Of a stretch of DNA of 64,000 nt, positions 35,057 through 44,527 are shown piece after piece. The notes under the pieces are model-generated. The model saw only the letters and a program-made list of their open reading frames with translations, was not told where the DNA came from and made no database searches. The stretch is from Bacillota bacterium (GTDB taxonomy: Bacteria > Bacillota > Clostridia > Peptostreptococcales > Anaerovoracaceae). Position numbers and translations under genes: made by a program. Position 1 is the stretch's first letter; the number at the start of each line of letters is the position of its first letter. Where the stretch lies: NCBI GenBank assembly GCA_017412505.1, contig JAFPXN010000044.1, positions 3,619-67,618 on the forward strand, read 5' to 3'.

Positions 35057-36049
35057 ATGGCAGGCAGTGAAAATCAGAAATTCAAATTGCTGTATCTGTA
35101 CCAGATCCTGATGGAGGAAACGGACGAAGAGCACGCGCTGACGACGCCCCAGTTGATCGAGAAGCTGGCGGTAAAGGGCATCAAGGCGGAACGCAAGAGC
35201 ATCTACGCGGATCTGACCGCCCTGAAGGAAGAGTTCGGCGTGGATATCATCGACGTGGGGCGGGGCGGCCACTATATCGGGTCCCGCACGTTCGAGTTTC
35301 CGGAGGTCAAACTGCTGGCGGACAGCGTGCTGTCGTCGCGTTTCATCACGGAGAGAAAGACCGTGGAACTGGTGGAAAAGCTGAAGACGCTGGCAAGCAG
35401 CCACCAGGCGAAACAGCTGACCGGCCGCATGTTCGTCGCGGACCGGGTGAAATCCATGAACAGCAGCGTCTATTACAGCGTGGATACCATCGCGTCCGCC
35501 ATCGACGCGGGCTGCAAGGTGTCCTTCAGATATTTCGGATACGACGCGAAGAAGGAAAAGCAGTACCACCACGACGGACAGGCGGTTTCGGTCAGCCCCT
35601 ACGATCTCGTGTGGGACAACGAGTACTACTACCTCGTGGCCTATGACGGCACGGATCAGAAGATCAAGCACTACCGCATCGACCGCATGGAGCGGATCAA
35701 GGTGCTGGAGAAGGAAAAGCGGGAAGGCGCGAAGGAATACAAGGACGCGGACGTGCGGTCCTATTCCAAGCGCATGTTCTCCATGTTCTCCGGCGAGGAG
35801 CAGCAGGTGACCCTGCGCTTTGCGGAAAGGCTTGCGAACGTGGTCATCGACCGCTTCGGTAAGGATGTGATCCTGGCGCCGGACGGCGAGGGCTGTTTCC
35901 GGGTCAGCGTGAAGGTCTTCTGCAGTCCGCAGTTCTTCGCCTGGCTGTTCGGCCTGGGCAGCGGCGTGCAGATCCTGGCGCCGGAATCCGTCAGGCGGGA
36001 TTACGTACAGACGCTCCGGGACGTTCTCGGACAATACGGAACGGAATAA
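35057..36049 (+). CDS. wHTH-WYL domain transcriptional regulator
   Basis: N-terminal winged HTH (KFKLLYLYQILMEETDEEHALTTPQLIEKL), then a WYL-type core (SFRYFGYD..PYDLVWDNEYYYLVAYD..KHYRIDRM) and a C-terminal WCX-like region. Confidence 0.75.
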   Translation: MAGSENQKFKLLYLYQILMEETDEEHALTTPQLIEKLAVKGIKAERKSIYADLTALKEEFGVDIIDVGRGGHYIGSRTFEFPEVKLLADSVLSSRFITERKTVELVEKLKTLASSHQAKQLTGRMFVADRVKSMNSSVYYSVDTIASAIDAGCKVSFRYFGYDAKKEKQYHHDGQAVSVSPYDLVWDNEYYYLVAYDGTDQKIKHYRIDRMERIKVLEKEKREGAKEYKDADVRSYSKRMFSMFSGEEQQVTLRFAERLANVVIDRFGKDVILAPDGEGCFRVSVKVFCSPQFFAWLFGLGSGVQILAPESVRRDYVQTLRDVLGQYGTE

Positions 36050-36053
36050 CGAC

Positions 36054-37670
36054 ATGATCCACAGCATATTCAACGAAGTTTTGGGTCCCGTCACCACGGG
36101 GCCTTCCAGTTCCCATACGGCAGGCTGCGGCAGGATCGCTCTGACGGCCCGTTCTCTGTTCGGCCGCCCTGTGCGCAGGGCAGAGGTCGTCTACGAGATG
36201 AGAGGATCCTATCCCAGCACGCACGTCGGGCAGGGCTCGGATTACGCCTTCGCCGGCGGCCTGCTGGGCATTCCCATCGACGATCCCCGTTTTAAGGATG
36301 CGCTGCAGATCGCGAAGGAGCAGGGCGTGGAGATCTCTTTCCGGGAGGCGGATCTGGGTTACGAGCATCCGAACCAGGCCGAGATCCGGATCTACGCGGA
36401 CGAACCGCCCGCTCTGCCGGAAGGAAAGAAGGAAAAGCCCGAACTGCGCCTGATGACGTTCTCCACGGGCGGCGGCATGTTCGAGATCCGTTCTCTGGAC
36501 GGTTACGGCGTGCTGATCGACGGCAGCACGGAGCAGGTATTCATCCTGTGCGCGGAAGAGGTGGAAGACGCGGTGGAAGAAGTGATCCTGAAGAACCGCT
36601 TCTTCTACGACCGCATGGATCACAGGGGCGAACGCTTTTTCGACGTGGCGGTGGGCGCGGATCAGAGCCGGGCTCCGCTGGAAGCCCTGCGCGAATGGGA
36701 AGGCGTGCGATACGTGCGCGTCGCGCAGCCTGTGATGGCCGTACGGAAGAGAAGGATGCCGCAGATGCCTTTCACCAACGCGGAAGGCGCGCTTGCTTAT
36801 GCCGGGGAGCACAACCTGAACGCAGCGCAGCTCGCACTCTGTTACGAGAGCGCCTACGGCCACGTGGACGAAGCGCAGGCGATGCGGCTGGCAGCGCGGA
36901 TCGAGGAGGTCATGCGGGCGTCCTGCGTGCCGCCGGACCCGGAAAAGGTTCCGGTACACGGTTTTTTGCCGTATCAGGGCCGGAAGATGCGCGAAGAACT
37001 GGAAGCGCAGCGGAAGGCAGGGGGCGCTCCTATGGCCGGCGGAGAGGCTTTCTGCGAAGCGGTGCTGGCGGCGGTCGCGGTCGTGGAAAACAGCAACGCG
37101 CACAACGTCGTGGCGGCAGCGCCTACGGCAGGCGCCAGCGGCGTACTGCCCGGCGCGATCGTAACGGCAGGTACGAAAATGGGCTTTTCTTCGCAGCAGA
37201 TCTGCGAGGGTCTGCTGGCGGCGGGCCTGGTGGGCGCGTTCATCGCGAATCAGGCTACGTTCGGAGCGGAAGTGGCCGGATGCCAGGCGGAGAACGGCGC
37301 AGCCGGTGCAATGGCGGCAGCCGGCCTTGCCCACATGATGGGCTGCGGCGCCAGGCAGGTGTTCTGCGCCGCGTCGCTGGCGCTGCAGAACATGCTGGGA
37401 CTCGTGTGCGACCCGATCGCGGGCCTTACGGAAGTGCCCTGCATCTCGCGCAACGCGGCGGCGATGGCGGGTGCGATGGCCAGTGCGGACATGGCGCGGC
37501 TCGGTTTCGACAGCATGGTTCCTCTGGATGAGGCGATCGCCGCCATGAAAGACGTGGGCGGGCAGCTGCCCGCGGAATTGCGCTGCACCTGCAAAGGCGG
37601 CCTCTGCGCCACGAAGACAGGGCAGAAGCTGCAGACTTGGATGAATGGAATGAGCGCGGACAAAGTATGA
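36054..37670 (+). CDS. sdaA: Iron-sulfur-dependent L-serine dehydratase, single-chain (beta+alpha fused)
   Basis: N-terminal GPVTTGPSSSHTAG. Alpha-domain motifs APTAGASGVLPGA, AEVAGCQAENG and GLVCDPIAGLTEVPCISRNA. Confidence 0.75.
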   Translation: MIHSIFNEVLGPVTTGPSSSHTAGCGRIALTARSLFGRPVRRAEVVYEMRGSYPSTHVGQGSDYAFAGGLLGIPIDDPRFKDALQIAKEQGVEISFREADLGYEHPNQAEIRIYADEPPALPEGKKEKPELRLMTFSTGGGMFEIRSLDGYGVLIDGSTEQVFILCAEEVEDAVEEVILKNRFFYDRMDHRGERFFDVAVGADQSRAPLEALREWEGVRYVRVAQPVMAVRKRRMPQMPFTNAEGALAYAGEHNLNAAQLALCYESAYGHVDEAQAMRLAARIEEVMRASCVPPDPEKVPVHGFLPYQGRKMREELEAQRKAGGAPMAGGEAFCEAVLAAVAVVENSNAHNVVAAAPTAGASGVLPGAIVTAGTKMGFSSQQICEGLLAAGLVGAFIANQATFGAEVAGCQAENGAAGAMAAAGLAHMMGCGARQVFCAASLALQNMLGLVCDPIAGLTEVPCISRNAAAMAGAMASADMARLGFDSMVPLDEAIAAMKDVGGQLPAELRCTCKGGLCATKTGQKLQTWMNGMSADKV

Positions 37671-39001
37671 GTTGGATGACCTGGATAACCTGGTTCTTCT
37701 CGTCCCTGGGGATGTGGAAGATTCTGCAGAAATACGGAAAAGCCACCTGGCAGGCCTTTGTTCCCGGCTTGCGGTATTACCGTCTGGGACAGGCGTGCGG
37801 GCGCGATAAGGAAGGGCTTTACTGCCTCGTCTTCGAGGTGGTCTGCCGGCTGCTTGCGGCAGCGGCGAAACTCCTTCCTGAGGAAAGCAAGCCGACATTC
37901 TTCCTGAATGTGGTCGCCCTCGTCGGCGCGATCGTACTCGCCGTGTTCGAGATCCGCGTCATCGCGGGCCTCTGCCAGGCATTCGAGCTGAAAAAGCGCT
38001 GGATCGTATTTTGGGTACTCGCCGCCAGCGTCGCTTCCATGATCATCGGCTACTCCAAGCGGTTCCAGCCGGTACATGCCGCAGTGGCAGACGAAGAGAT
38101 CCTGGCTGGTACGCAGCCGGCGGAACTGAGCGCGCCGGTCGCGGAGAGCGAGAGCGGCGAAGGCCTTGCCATCCACGTGCGGGCAAGGACGGCCCGCGCC
38201 TTCGGCAAGACCCGCTATCTGCTGAAGGACGTTCACCTGACCATCCCCAACGGCTCGCTCGTCCTGCTGCTGGGCGGTTCCGGCGCGGGCAAGACCACGC
38301 TGGTGAACGCCATCACAGGCTACGAAAAGGCCGACGCGACCATACGCCTGAACGGCATCGACGTGTATCAGAACTACAACGAGATAAAGCATAAGATCGG
38401 CTTCGTTCCCCAGCAGGACCTGCTGCGCATGAACGATACCGTATCGAAGACGCTGGGCGACGCGGCTTTGATGCGCCTGCCCGTTACGGTCTCCGCGAAG
38501 GAACGCCAGGAAAAGATCGAAGCCGTCATGGACGTGCTGGGACTTTCCGGCAGGGCGGACGGCCTGGTCGCCAAGAAGTCCGGCGGACAGAAAAAGCGCA
38601 TCTCCATCGGTACAGAGCTGATCAGCGACCCGGAACTGTTCATCCTGGACGAACCGGATTCCGGGCTGGACGGCGTCATCGCGCGGGAACTGTTCGAGAA
38701 GCTGCGCAGCGTAGCGGACATGGGCAAAGTCGTGATCGCGATCACGCACACCCCGGACCGCGTCGCGGACCTGTTCGACAAGGTGATCGTGCTGGCGAGA
38801 GACTCCGGCAAGGTGGGACGGCTGGCGTTCTACGGGTCACCGGACGAGGCGCGGGAATTCTTCGGCAAATCCTCCATGGAGCAGGTCGTGCTCGCCATCA
38901 ACAGCGAATACGAGGGCGGCGAAGGCCGCGCAGACGAATTCATCGAGAAATACGCAAGACGGACCGCAGCGAAAGAGAAGGAGGTGACCGTCCATGAATG
39001 A
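37667..39001 (+). CDS. ABC transporter ATP-binding protein with an N-terminal membrane domain (DUF5684-like)
   Basis: ATG 37667 overlaps the sdaA stop. The N-terminus WFFSSLGMWKILQKYGKATWQAFVPGLRYY is followed by more TM segments. Then come Walker A GGSGAGKTT, the signature SGGQKKR and Walker B LFILDEPDSGLD. Confidence 0.8.
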   Translation: MSWMTWITWFFSSLGMWKILQKYGKATWQAFVPGLRYYRLGQACGRDKEGLYCLVFEVVCRLLAAAAKLLPEESKPTFFLNVVALVGAIVLAVFEIRVIAGLCQAFELKKRWIVFWVLAASVASMIIGYSKRFQPVHAAVADEEILAGTQPAELSAPVAESESGEGLAIHVRARTARAFGKTRYLLKDVHLTIPNGSLVLLLGGSGAGKTTLVNAITGYEKADATIRLNGIDVYQNYNEIKHKIGFVPQQDLLRMNDTVSKTLGDAALMRLPVTVSAKERQEKIEAVMDVLGLSGRADGLVAKKSGGQKKRISIGTELISDPELFILDEPDSGLDGVIARELFEKLRSVADMGKVVIAITHTPDRVADLFDKVIVLARDSGKVGRLAFYGSPDEAREFFGKSSMEQVVLAINSEYEGGEGRADEFIEKYARRTAAKEKEVTVHE

Positions 39002-39935
39002 AGCGCTGCGCTACCGGGGACGGGCTGCCCAGACCTGGATCTATCTGAAAAAACTGGCGCGCATGTTCGTATATCATAACGACTGGAAAATGCTTCCGAT
39101 GTCGGCTCTGATCGCGGGGCTGGTGACGTTTGCCGTGGGCGGAAGCCTGTTCCATACGCAGGAAGGCACGTTCAGCGGCTGCTTCGCGCTGGTCTGCGTC
39201 TGCATCTGGAACGGATTCTTCAATTCGATCCAGTCCGTCTGCCGCGAACGCCCCGTCATCAAGAGGGAACACCGCAGCGGACTGCACATCACGTCGTACA
39301 TCGCGGCGCACATGATCTACCAGATGGCCCTCTGCATTCTGGAAACGGTCATCCTGCTGTTCATCTGCAACATGGCGGGCATCGCGTTTCCGACGGAGGG
39401 CGTGATCACGCCGGTCTTCCTGGTGGATTACGGGATCTCTATGTTCCTGATCACCTACGCGGCTGACATGATGTCCCTGATGATCTCTTCGCTCGTCCGC
39501 AACACGACGACGGCGATGACGGTCATGCCGTTCATGCTGATCTTCCAGCTGATCTTCTCCGGCGGTTTCGTGAAGCTGGAAGGCTCTGCCGCGAATCTGA
39601 AGAGCATCACGGCGGCGAAGTGGGGGCTGCAGAATCTCTGCGCGCTCAGCGATTACAACAATCAGCCCATGGTGACCCTGTGGAACACGATCTGGAAATT
39701 CCGCTCCCTGGAGATCGGAGGACAGCAGCCGATCAAGATGATGACGGATTACATCGCGGAGAACAACATGCGCGATCAGATCCTGCTGGAATGCGGGAAG
39801 TACAACCTGAATCCGGATTACGTGAAGGAAGCGGGCAATATCCTGCACTGCTGGGGCATGCTGCTGGTGATCATCGTGGTCTTCGCGCTGCTTTCGGTCA
39901 TCTTGCTGGAGTTTATCGACAGGGATAAGCGGTAG
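38994..39935 (+). CDS. ABC-2 type transporter permease
   Basis: Overlaps the ATPase gene stop, has six hydrophobic segments, and has an ABC-2/ABCG-like layout. Confidence 0.75.
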   Translation: MNEALRYRGRAAQTWIYLKKLARMFVYHNDWKMLPMSALIAGLVTFAVGGSLFHTQEGTFSGCFALVCVCIWNGFFNSIQSVCRERPVIKREHRSGLHITSYIAAHMIYQMALCILETVILLFICNMAGIAFPTEGVITPVFLVDYGISMFLITYAADMMSLMISSLVRNTTTAMTVMPFMLIFQLIFSGGFVKLEGSAANLKSITAAKWGLQNLCALSDYNNQPMVTLWNTIWKFRSLEIGGQQPIKMMTDYIAENNMRDQILLECGKYNLNPDYVKEAGNILHCWGMLLVIIVVFALLSVILLEFIDRDKR

Positions 39936-39946
39936 GAAATGCGAGT

Positions 39947-40603
39947 ATGGATCAAGGACTGAAAGAGCTTCTGAACAAAGCCAGAGCCTGTGTGTTCGAC
40001 TTCGACGGCACGCTCGCGGATACGGAAGGGTTTCATTTCGACCTGTATCAGCGTATCCTGGGCAGGCGTTACGGCGTGACCCTGGATTGGCCGCACTGGC
40101 TGCATTATATCGGCCGCACGGATCCGGATTTCCACCGGATGATGGAACAGGAATACGGCATCGTCATCGATTCGGAAAGCGTCATGGAGGAATATTTTGC
40201 CGCTCTGCTGGCGGAGGAACCTGACGCCGTACAACCGTATCCCTGGGCAGAGGAGATCCTGCAGATGTGCCGGGAGAAGGGCATCCCCGCCTGCATCCTG
40301 TCCTCGGGCAACCGGGACGTCATCTGCGCCTGCCTGAAAGCCTGGGGACTGGACGGATATTTCGAGGACGACAACGTCATCAGCGTATCGAAGGGTGAGT
40401 TTACGAAACCGGACGTGTTCGCGGACCCCGCCCGCTATCTCAGCGGGTTTGCCGGGACCCCTGCGGACGTGCTGCTGTTCGAGGATTCGATTCACACGAT
40501 CGAAAAGGCCAGAGCCTGCGGCATCGGAGCCGTAACCGGGGTCTGCCACGAGTATAATCGGGAGATAGAACGCTATTGCGATAGTTTGAGGAACGGTCAA
40601 TGA
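39947..40603 (+). CDS. HAD-superfamily hydrolase (beta-phosphoglucomutase-like subfamily IA)
   Basis: The DxD motif VFDFDGTLADTE, and later ILSSGNR and LLFEDSIHTIEKA. Confidence 0.8.
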   Translation: MDQGLKELLNKARACVFDFDGTLADTEGFHFDLYQRILGRRYGVTLDWPHWLHYIGRTDPDFHRMMEQEYGIVIDSESVMEEYFAALLAEEPDAVQPYPWAEEILQMCREKGIPACILSSGNRDVICACLKAWGLDGYFEDDNVISVSKGEFTKPDVFADPARYLSGFAGTPADVLLFEDSIHTIEKARACGIGAVTGVCHEYNREIERYCDSLRNGQ

Positions 40604-41742
40604 ATTACAGAAAGCTGGGAAAGACAGGGCTTCTGGTGAGCGAGATCGGCTTCGGCGGCGAATGGCTGGAGCGTCACGACGAGGCGCATTCCGTGGACCT
40701 GGTCCGCTACGCGGGTGAACTGGGGATCAACGTCATCGACTGCTGGATGTCGGATCCGAAATCCAGGGATATCATCGGCAAGGGCATGGAAGGCCGCCGG
40801 GACAAGTGGATCGTGCAGGGTCACATCGGTTCGACCCATCAGGACGGGCAGTACGTACGCTCGCGGGATATGAAGGTCGTGCAGCCTGCGTTCGAGGACC
40901 TGTTGCGCCGCATGAAGACCGACTATATCGACCTGGGAATGATTCACTACGTGGACGCCCAGGAGGACTGGGAGCGCTGCGTCGGGACGGAGTATATCAA
41001 ATACGTGTATAAACTGCGGGAAAGCGGCACGATACGCCATATCGGCCTCTCCACCCACAACCCGCGCATCGCGAAACAGGCGGTGGAAACGGGCATTGTT
41101 GACATGATCATGTTTTCCGTCAATCCGGCGCTGGATATGAAACCCGCCATCGAGGACATCGATACGCTGTTCGCCCCGGATTACGAAGGGCTGTCCGGCC
41201 TGGATCCGGAGCGGGCACAGCTGTATCGCCTGTGCGAGGAAAAGGGCGTGGGCATCACCGTTATGAAACCGTATTTCGGCGGACGCCTGTTCGATCCTGC
41301 CCAGACGCCTTTCGGCGCGACGCTCACGTCGAACCAGTGCATCCACTACGCGCTCACGCGGCCGGCCGTCGCGTCTGTCCTGTGCGGCTATGACACGAGA
41401 GAGCAGATCGACGCCGCGGTCGCCTATGAGACGGCACCGGAAGAGGAAAAGGATTACGCGTCTGTGCTGGCGTCCGCGCCGCTGCATCCGATCACGGGCC
41501 AATGCACGTACTGCGGGCACTGCAAGCCCTGTCCGGCGGACATCGATATCGCGATGGTGAACAAGTTCTACGATCTGGCGTCTGTGCAGCCGGAAGTGCC
41601 GGAAAGCGTAAAACAGCACTATCTGTCTCTGGCGCATCATGCGTCCGAATGCGTCGGCTGCAAAGGCTGCGAGGACCGCTGCCCGTTCGGCGTGGAGGTC
41701 TCGGACCGCATGACAAAGACAGCGCAGCTGTTCGGCTGTTAG
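40600..41742 (+). CDS. Aldo/keto reductase with a C-terminal 4Fe-4S cluster-binding domain
   Basis: An AKR N-terminus (MNYRKLGKTGLLVSEIGFGGEWL). The C-terminus has CTYCGHCKPCP and CVGCKGCEDRCP cysteine clusters. Confidence 0.8.
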   Translation: MNYRKLGKTGLLVSEIGFGGEWLERHDEAHSVDLVRYAGELGINVIDCWMSDPKSRDIIGKGMEGRRDKWIVQGHIGSTHQDGQYVRSRDMKVVQPAFEDLLRRMKTDYIDLGMIHYVDAQEDWERCVGTEYIKYVYKLRESGTIRHIGLSTHNPRIAKQAVETGIVDMIMFSVNPALDMKPAIEDIDTLFAPDYEGLSGLDPERAQLYRLCEEKGVGITVMKPYFGGRLFDPAQTPFGATLTSNQCIHYALTRPAVASVLCGYDTREQIDAAVAYETAPEEEKDYASVLASAPLHPITGQCTYCGHCKPCPADIDIAMVNKFYDLASVQPEVPESVKQHYLSLAHHASECVGCKGCEDRCPFGVEVSDRMTKTAQLFGC

Positions 41743-41757
41743 AGGAGGGGACGTCCT

Positions 41758-42543
41758 ATGAGATACGACGGTCTTACGCCTGCGGAGGTGCGCGCGCTCA
41801 TCCGCAGGGAGGAATATACCGGCCAGACGTCCGGCCTCTGCCCGGGCTACGCCCAGGCGAACCTGGTGGTGCTTCCGAAGGAATACGCCTACGATTTTCT
41901 GCTGTTCGCGCAGCGGAATCCGAGAGCCTGTCCGCTTCTGGAAGTGACGGATACGGGCAGCCGCTTCCTGAAGGACATCGCGCCCGGCGCGGACATCGCG
42001 TCGGATCTGCCCCGTTACCGGATCTATGAGAACGGCGTGCTGACAAGCGAGCGCACGAATATCGCGGATCTGTGGCGGGACGACTTCGTAAGCTTTCTGA
42101 TCGGCTGCAGTTTTTCCTTCGAAGGCGACCTGCTGGCGGCGGACGTGCCGGTGCGGCAGATCGAGGAGGGAAAGAACGTACCGATGTATGACACGGATAT
42201 TCCCTGCGCATCCGCGGGGATCTTCCACGGCAATATGGTCGTCTCCATGCGGCCTATTCCCTATGAACTCGTGCCGAAGGCCGTGCAGATCACGGCTTCC
42301 ATGCCCCGGGTGCACGGCGCGCCCGTGCATATCGGAGACCCCGCCGCCATCGGCATCGCGGACCTGTCCCGCCCAGATTACGGCGAGGCGGTCACCATAA
42401 GGGAGGGGGAGGTGCCCGTATTCTGGCCCTGCGGCGTCACCCCGCAGAACGCGCTCCTGCGTTCCAAGCCTTCCTTTGCCATCACCCATGCGCCGGGTCA
42501 CATGCTGATCTCCGACGTGAAGAACGTGAACCTGAAATACTGA
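41758..42543 (+). CDS. Putative hydro-lyase, DUF1445/UPF0317 (D-glutamate cyclase C-terminal-like domain)
   Basis: RALIRREEYTGQTSGLCPGYAQANLVVLPKEYAYDFLLFAQRNPRACPLLEV.. and HGAPVHIGDP. Confidence 0.75.
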   Translation: MRYDGLTPAEVRALIRREEYTGQTSGLCPGYAQANLVVLPKEYAYDFLLFAQRNPRACPLLEVTDTGSRFLKDIAPGADIASDLPRYRIYENGVLTSERTNIADLWRDDFVSFLIGCSFSFEGDLLAADVPVRQIEEGKNVPMYDTDIPCASAGIFHGNMVVSMRPIPYELVPKAVQITASMPRVHGAPVHIGDPAAIGIADLSRPDYGEAVTIREGEVPVFWPCGVTPQNALLRSKPSFAITHAPGHMLISDVKNVNLKY

Positions 42544-42545
42544 AA

Positions 42546-43376
42546 ATGACCTCTGAAACGATAGAAGATATTATTTTGAAGTTTTCCCGGCGCGGCATGG
42601 AAAAGCTGCGTCCCCATCTGCCCGCGAATTTCTGCGAAGAGGCGGCGAAGGAGATCCTTTCCTGGGAGAGGGGGACCGTGCTGCTGGCCACCGGATTTTA
42701 CGTGGCGGGACACGCGGAAACGGACGGCCCGGCCGGTACGGTCGTGCTGGCCAAGGCCCTGCAGATGCTGGGTTTTGCGCCCTGCATCCTGACCGACGAG
42801 AACTGCAGCCATTACTTCGAACCGGAAGGACTGGACACGATCTATATGTCCTATGAAGAAGGGGACGATTTCTGCCTGTCACTGCTCGATCGTCTGCAGC
42901 CCGCCGGGCTGATCTCGATCGAACGCTGCGGCCGCAATGCGCAGGGCGATTACGCCAATATGCACGGGGAAAGCATACACAGCCATACCGCTGAGATCGA
43001 CCGTCTGTTCGACGCGGCGTACGGCAAAGTGCCGACCATAGGCGTCGGGGACGGCGGCAACGAGATCGGCATGGGCAATCTGGCGGACGTGATCGAAACG
43101 GAACTGGATCTCGTGCCGTGCCGCACGAAAGCGGACCGGCTCGTGATCGCGACGGTCTCCAACTGGGGCGCTTACGGCATCGCCGCCTATCTGGCGAAAT
43201 TGTCCGGCAAGGCGGTCTTTCCGCCGGTCGAAGACGTCAAGGCATATCTGCGGCGGACGGTATCGCTGGGCAGCGTGGACGGGCGGTCCGAACAGAACGT
43301 GTGCACGGTGGACGGATATACGCCGGCGGAGAGCGAAGAGGTCTACGCGGCGCTGCGGCGGGCTGCTACATTTTAA
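42546..43376 (+). CDS. DUF4392 protein (D-glutamate cyclase N-terminal-like domain)
   Basis: TGFYVAGHAETDGPAGTVVLAKAL, ISIERCGRN and IGVGDGGNEIGMGN. It starts 3 nt after the DUF1445 gene. Confidence 0.7.
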   Translation: MTSETIEDIILKFSRRGMEKLRPHLPANFCEEAAKEILSWERGTVLLATGFYVAGHAETDGPAGTVVLAKALQMLGFAPCILTDENCSHYFEPEGLDTIYMSYEEGDDFCLSLLDRLQPAGLISIERCGRNAQGDYANMHGESIHSHTAEIDRLFDAAYGKVPTIGVGDGGNEIGMGNLADVIETELDLVPCRTKADRLVIATVSNWGAYGIAAYLAKLSGKAVFPPVEDVKAYLRRTVSLGSVDGRSEQNVCTVDGYTPAESEEVYAALRRAATF

Positions 43377-43629
43377 ACAGCTCCCAGCGGCATTCCGGGA
43401 TGAAATACTTCAGCTGATAGCGCCGTTCGGCGCCGCCGATGTCGCTCTGGCAGTCGTACACGTAGACGGGCACGCCGGCAAAGCGCTCCTCGGACGCGGT
43501 GAGGATGCGCTTGACGTACACTTCCCGGTTCGTACCGTCCGGCTCGGTATAGCGGAATTTATAGGGGAGGGGCTTGCCGCTCCCTTTGAAGACGACGATG
43601 GCGTCTATGGGTCTCATCAGCAGTTTCAT
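43366..43629 (-). CDS. Small hypothetical protein (88 aa)
   Basis: ORF with ATG at 43629 (MKLLMRPIDAIVVFKGSGKPLPYKFRY..CRWELFKM). Its GC content matches its neighbours, but I recognised no motif. Confidence 0.4.
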   Translation of the reverse strand: MKLLMRPIDAIVVFKGSGKPLPYKFRYTEPDGTNREVYVKRILTASEERFAGVPVYVYDCQSDIGGAERRYQLKYFIPECRWELFKM

Positions 43630-43703
43630 AGGCTTGTCCTTTAAACAGTCTGTTCGCAAGATCATTATAAAGAACATATGTTCGCATTTCAAGAGGTATT
43701 ATC

Positions 43704-44516
43704 ATGAAACTTACGATCCTCTCCGAAAACAATACGCATACCCGGGAGCCTTATCTGATGGGCGAACCCGGCTTTTCCTGCTACATCGAGTGCGGCGGCA
43801 AACGCATCCTGCTGGATACGGGCTATTACGGCGTCGCGGTGAAGAACGCGGAAACGCTGGGCATCGATCTGAACGGCCTGGACTATATCGCAATCTCCCA
43901 CGGCCATGACGACCACACGCACGGTCTGCTGCCGCTGCTGGAAGCAGGGATCGACGTCAGCCGGACAAAGCTCGTCGTCCACCCGAAGGCGCTGCTGCGC
44001 AAGGTCGTAGACGGTACGGAATCCGGTTTCCCCTGGCCCGGGGACGGGATCCGCAGCCGGTTCGACGTGCTGGAAGCGGCGCAGCCGTTGGAACTGGCGG
44101 AAAACCTGTGGTATCTGGGGCAGATCCCCCGGACGAACGATTTCGAGAATCAGACGCCCATCGGCTTCGTCGTGGACGAGGGAAGGGAAGAACCGGACTT
44201 CATCCTGGACGATACGGCGCTCGCCTACAGAACGGACGAAGGCGTCTTCATCATCACCGGCTGTTCGCACAGCGGGATCTGCAACATCTGCGAATACGCA
44301 AAGAAAGCGCTGGGCTACGATACGCTGCTCGGGGTCATCGGCGGATTCCATCTGCTGAAGCCCGGCCGCCAGCTCGAGGAGACCATACGCTATTTCGAAC
44401 GGGAAAAGCCCGCGAAGCTCTGCCCGTGCCACTGCATCTCCATGGGGTGCAAGTTCCGGATCGCGCAGGCGCTGCCCATCGAAGACGTGGCGGTCGGCTA
44501 CGAACTGGAGATCTGA
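43704..44516 (+). CDS. MBL-fold metallo-hydrolase
   Basis: LLDTGY..ISHGHDDHTHGL (HxHxDH motif) and CSHSG. Confidence 0.8.
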   Translation: MKLTILSENNTHTREPYLMGEPGFSCYIECGGKRILLDTGYYGVAVKNAETLGIDLNGLDYIAISHGHDDHTHGLLPLLEAGIDVSRTKLVVHPKALLRKVVDGTESGFPWPGDGIRSRFDVLEAAQPLELAENLWYLGQIPRTNDFENQTPIGFVVDEGREEPDFILDDTALAYRTDEGVFIITGCSHSGICNICEYAKKALGYDTLLGVIGGFHLLKPGRQLEETIRYFEREKPAKLCPCHCISMGCKFRIAQALPIEDVAVGYELEI

Positions 44517-44527
44517 AGGAGAGACCA

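Noticed and set aside
34271-42501. A chain of long minus-strand ORFs (34271-36097, 35991-37898, 37250-38749, 38940-39848, 39818-40600, 40597-42501) opposite the nrdR-to-DUF1445 array
   Set aside because: All are antisense shadows of motif-bearing + strand genes. They overlap each other in different frames and have Arg/His/Pro-rich junk composition. The same applies to 4396-5475, 10540-11802, 19685-21313, 27999-29597, 29844-31355, 50699-51850 and 60467-62146.
44108-44527. An upstream extension of the maf ORF (337 aa in the track)
   Set aside because: It overlaps the 3' half of the MBL hydrolase gene out of frame. The conserved Maf N-terminus (ILASGSPRR) begins right after a TTG with a strong RBS at 44528.
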